A program made the translations under genes and the position numbers. A stretch of 52,671 nucleotides of DNA from Welwitschia mirabilis (lineage: Eukaryota): positions 41,499,898 through 41,552,568 of the forward strand of contig JBOZIK010000001.1 in assembly GCA_051453625.1 (NCBI GenBank). The letters run 5' to 3'. The notes beneath the pieces were generated by a model. It did no database searches. It was not told the DNA's origin and saw only the letters and a list, made by a program, of their open reading frames with translations. Positions 52,265-52,671 of this stretch are shown here, piece after piece (the stretch's first letter is position 1; each line of letters opens with the position of its first letter).

Positions 52265-52671
52265 TGTTGAAATGTGAATCATGTTTTTAATCTTATACTT
52301 TTTTCCAATGAATTGTTTATTTTTGATACCCGCAAATCTCAATATAACTCTTAGAAAACACACTAGTATATAGGTGTTAACACAAATGTCATACTCTAGA
52401 CAGAAATTCTAAGCAAGAAGTTATAAAATTTGCTTTTAATCAAAAATAAGAGAAACTAAAATGATTTCCTGTCTTAAAATCATAATGATAGATTAAAGAA
52501 AAAGCAATGACACAATGATGTAAGATGCAAAGATGTGATGGAAGCCCAAATGTAAATCCTAACCAAGTGCACTAACTTATTTTCATCTAACTTATCCCTC
52601 ATAATCTATATCAATTACAAATTTCTGACACTAAATTGCAATTAACATAAACTATAAGAAAAATTAGATAA
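52265..52671 (-). mobile_element. End of another LTR related to family A, inserted in gag; runs off the window
   Basis: Host homology stops at TGTTGAAATG; shares AAATTGCAATTAA.ATAA.CTATAAGAA and CAAATGTCATAC blocks with family A LTRs. Confidence 0.6.

Overview
Eukaryotic land-plant genomic DNA from a gapped draft assembly with many 10-N and 100-N gaps; a non-seed plant is my inference. It holds one intact protein-coding gene: a 3-exon nodulin-like/NFD4-type major facilitator superfamily transporter (5922..6260, 6378..7216, 7306..7804; 558 aa) inside a CpG-rich island at about 4.0-8.2 kb. The rest is AT-rich, CpG-depleted, nested transposon debris. Near the gene are LINE remnants and a tRNA-like/SINE head. 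From about 12.7 kb onward is a stack of Athila-like Ty3/gypsy elements (tRNA-Asp PBS, PPT, LTRs, 5-bp TSDs) plus Copia, hAT and iMet-primed LTR fragments. None of the Athila-like copies shows an RT/RNaseH/integrase core. One repeated family ('A') has an in-frame deletion joining the RT lead-in (KL..D(A)G) to the integrase C-terminal GPY/F tail, and it also seems to lack the gag capsid. A second family ('B') keeps only gag plus protease. All TE family calls come from motif recognition by eye.
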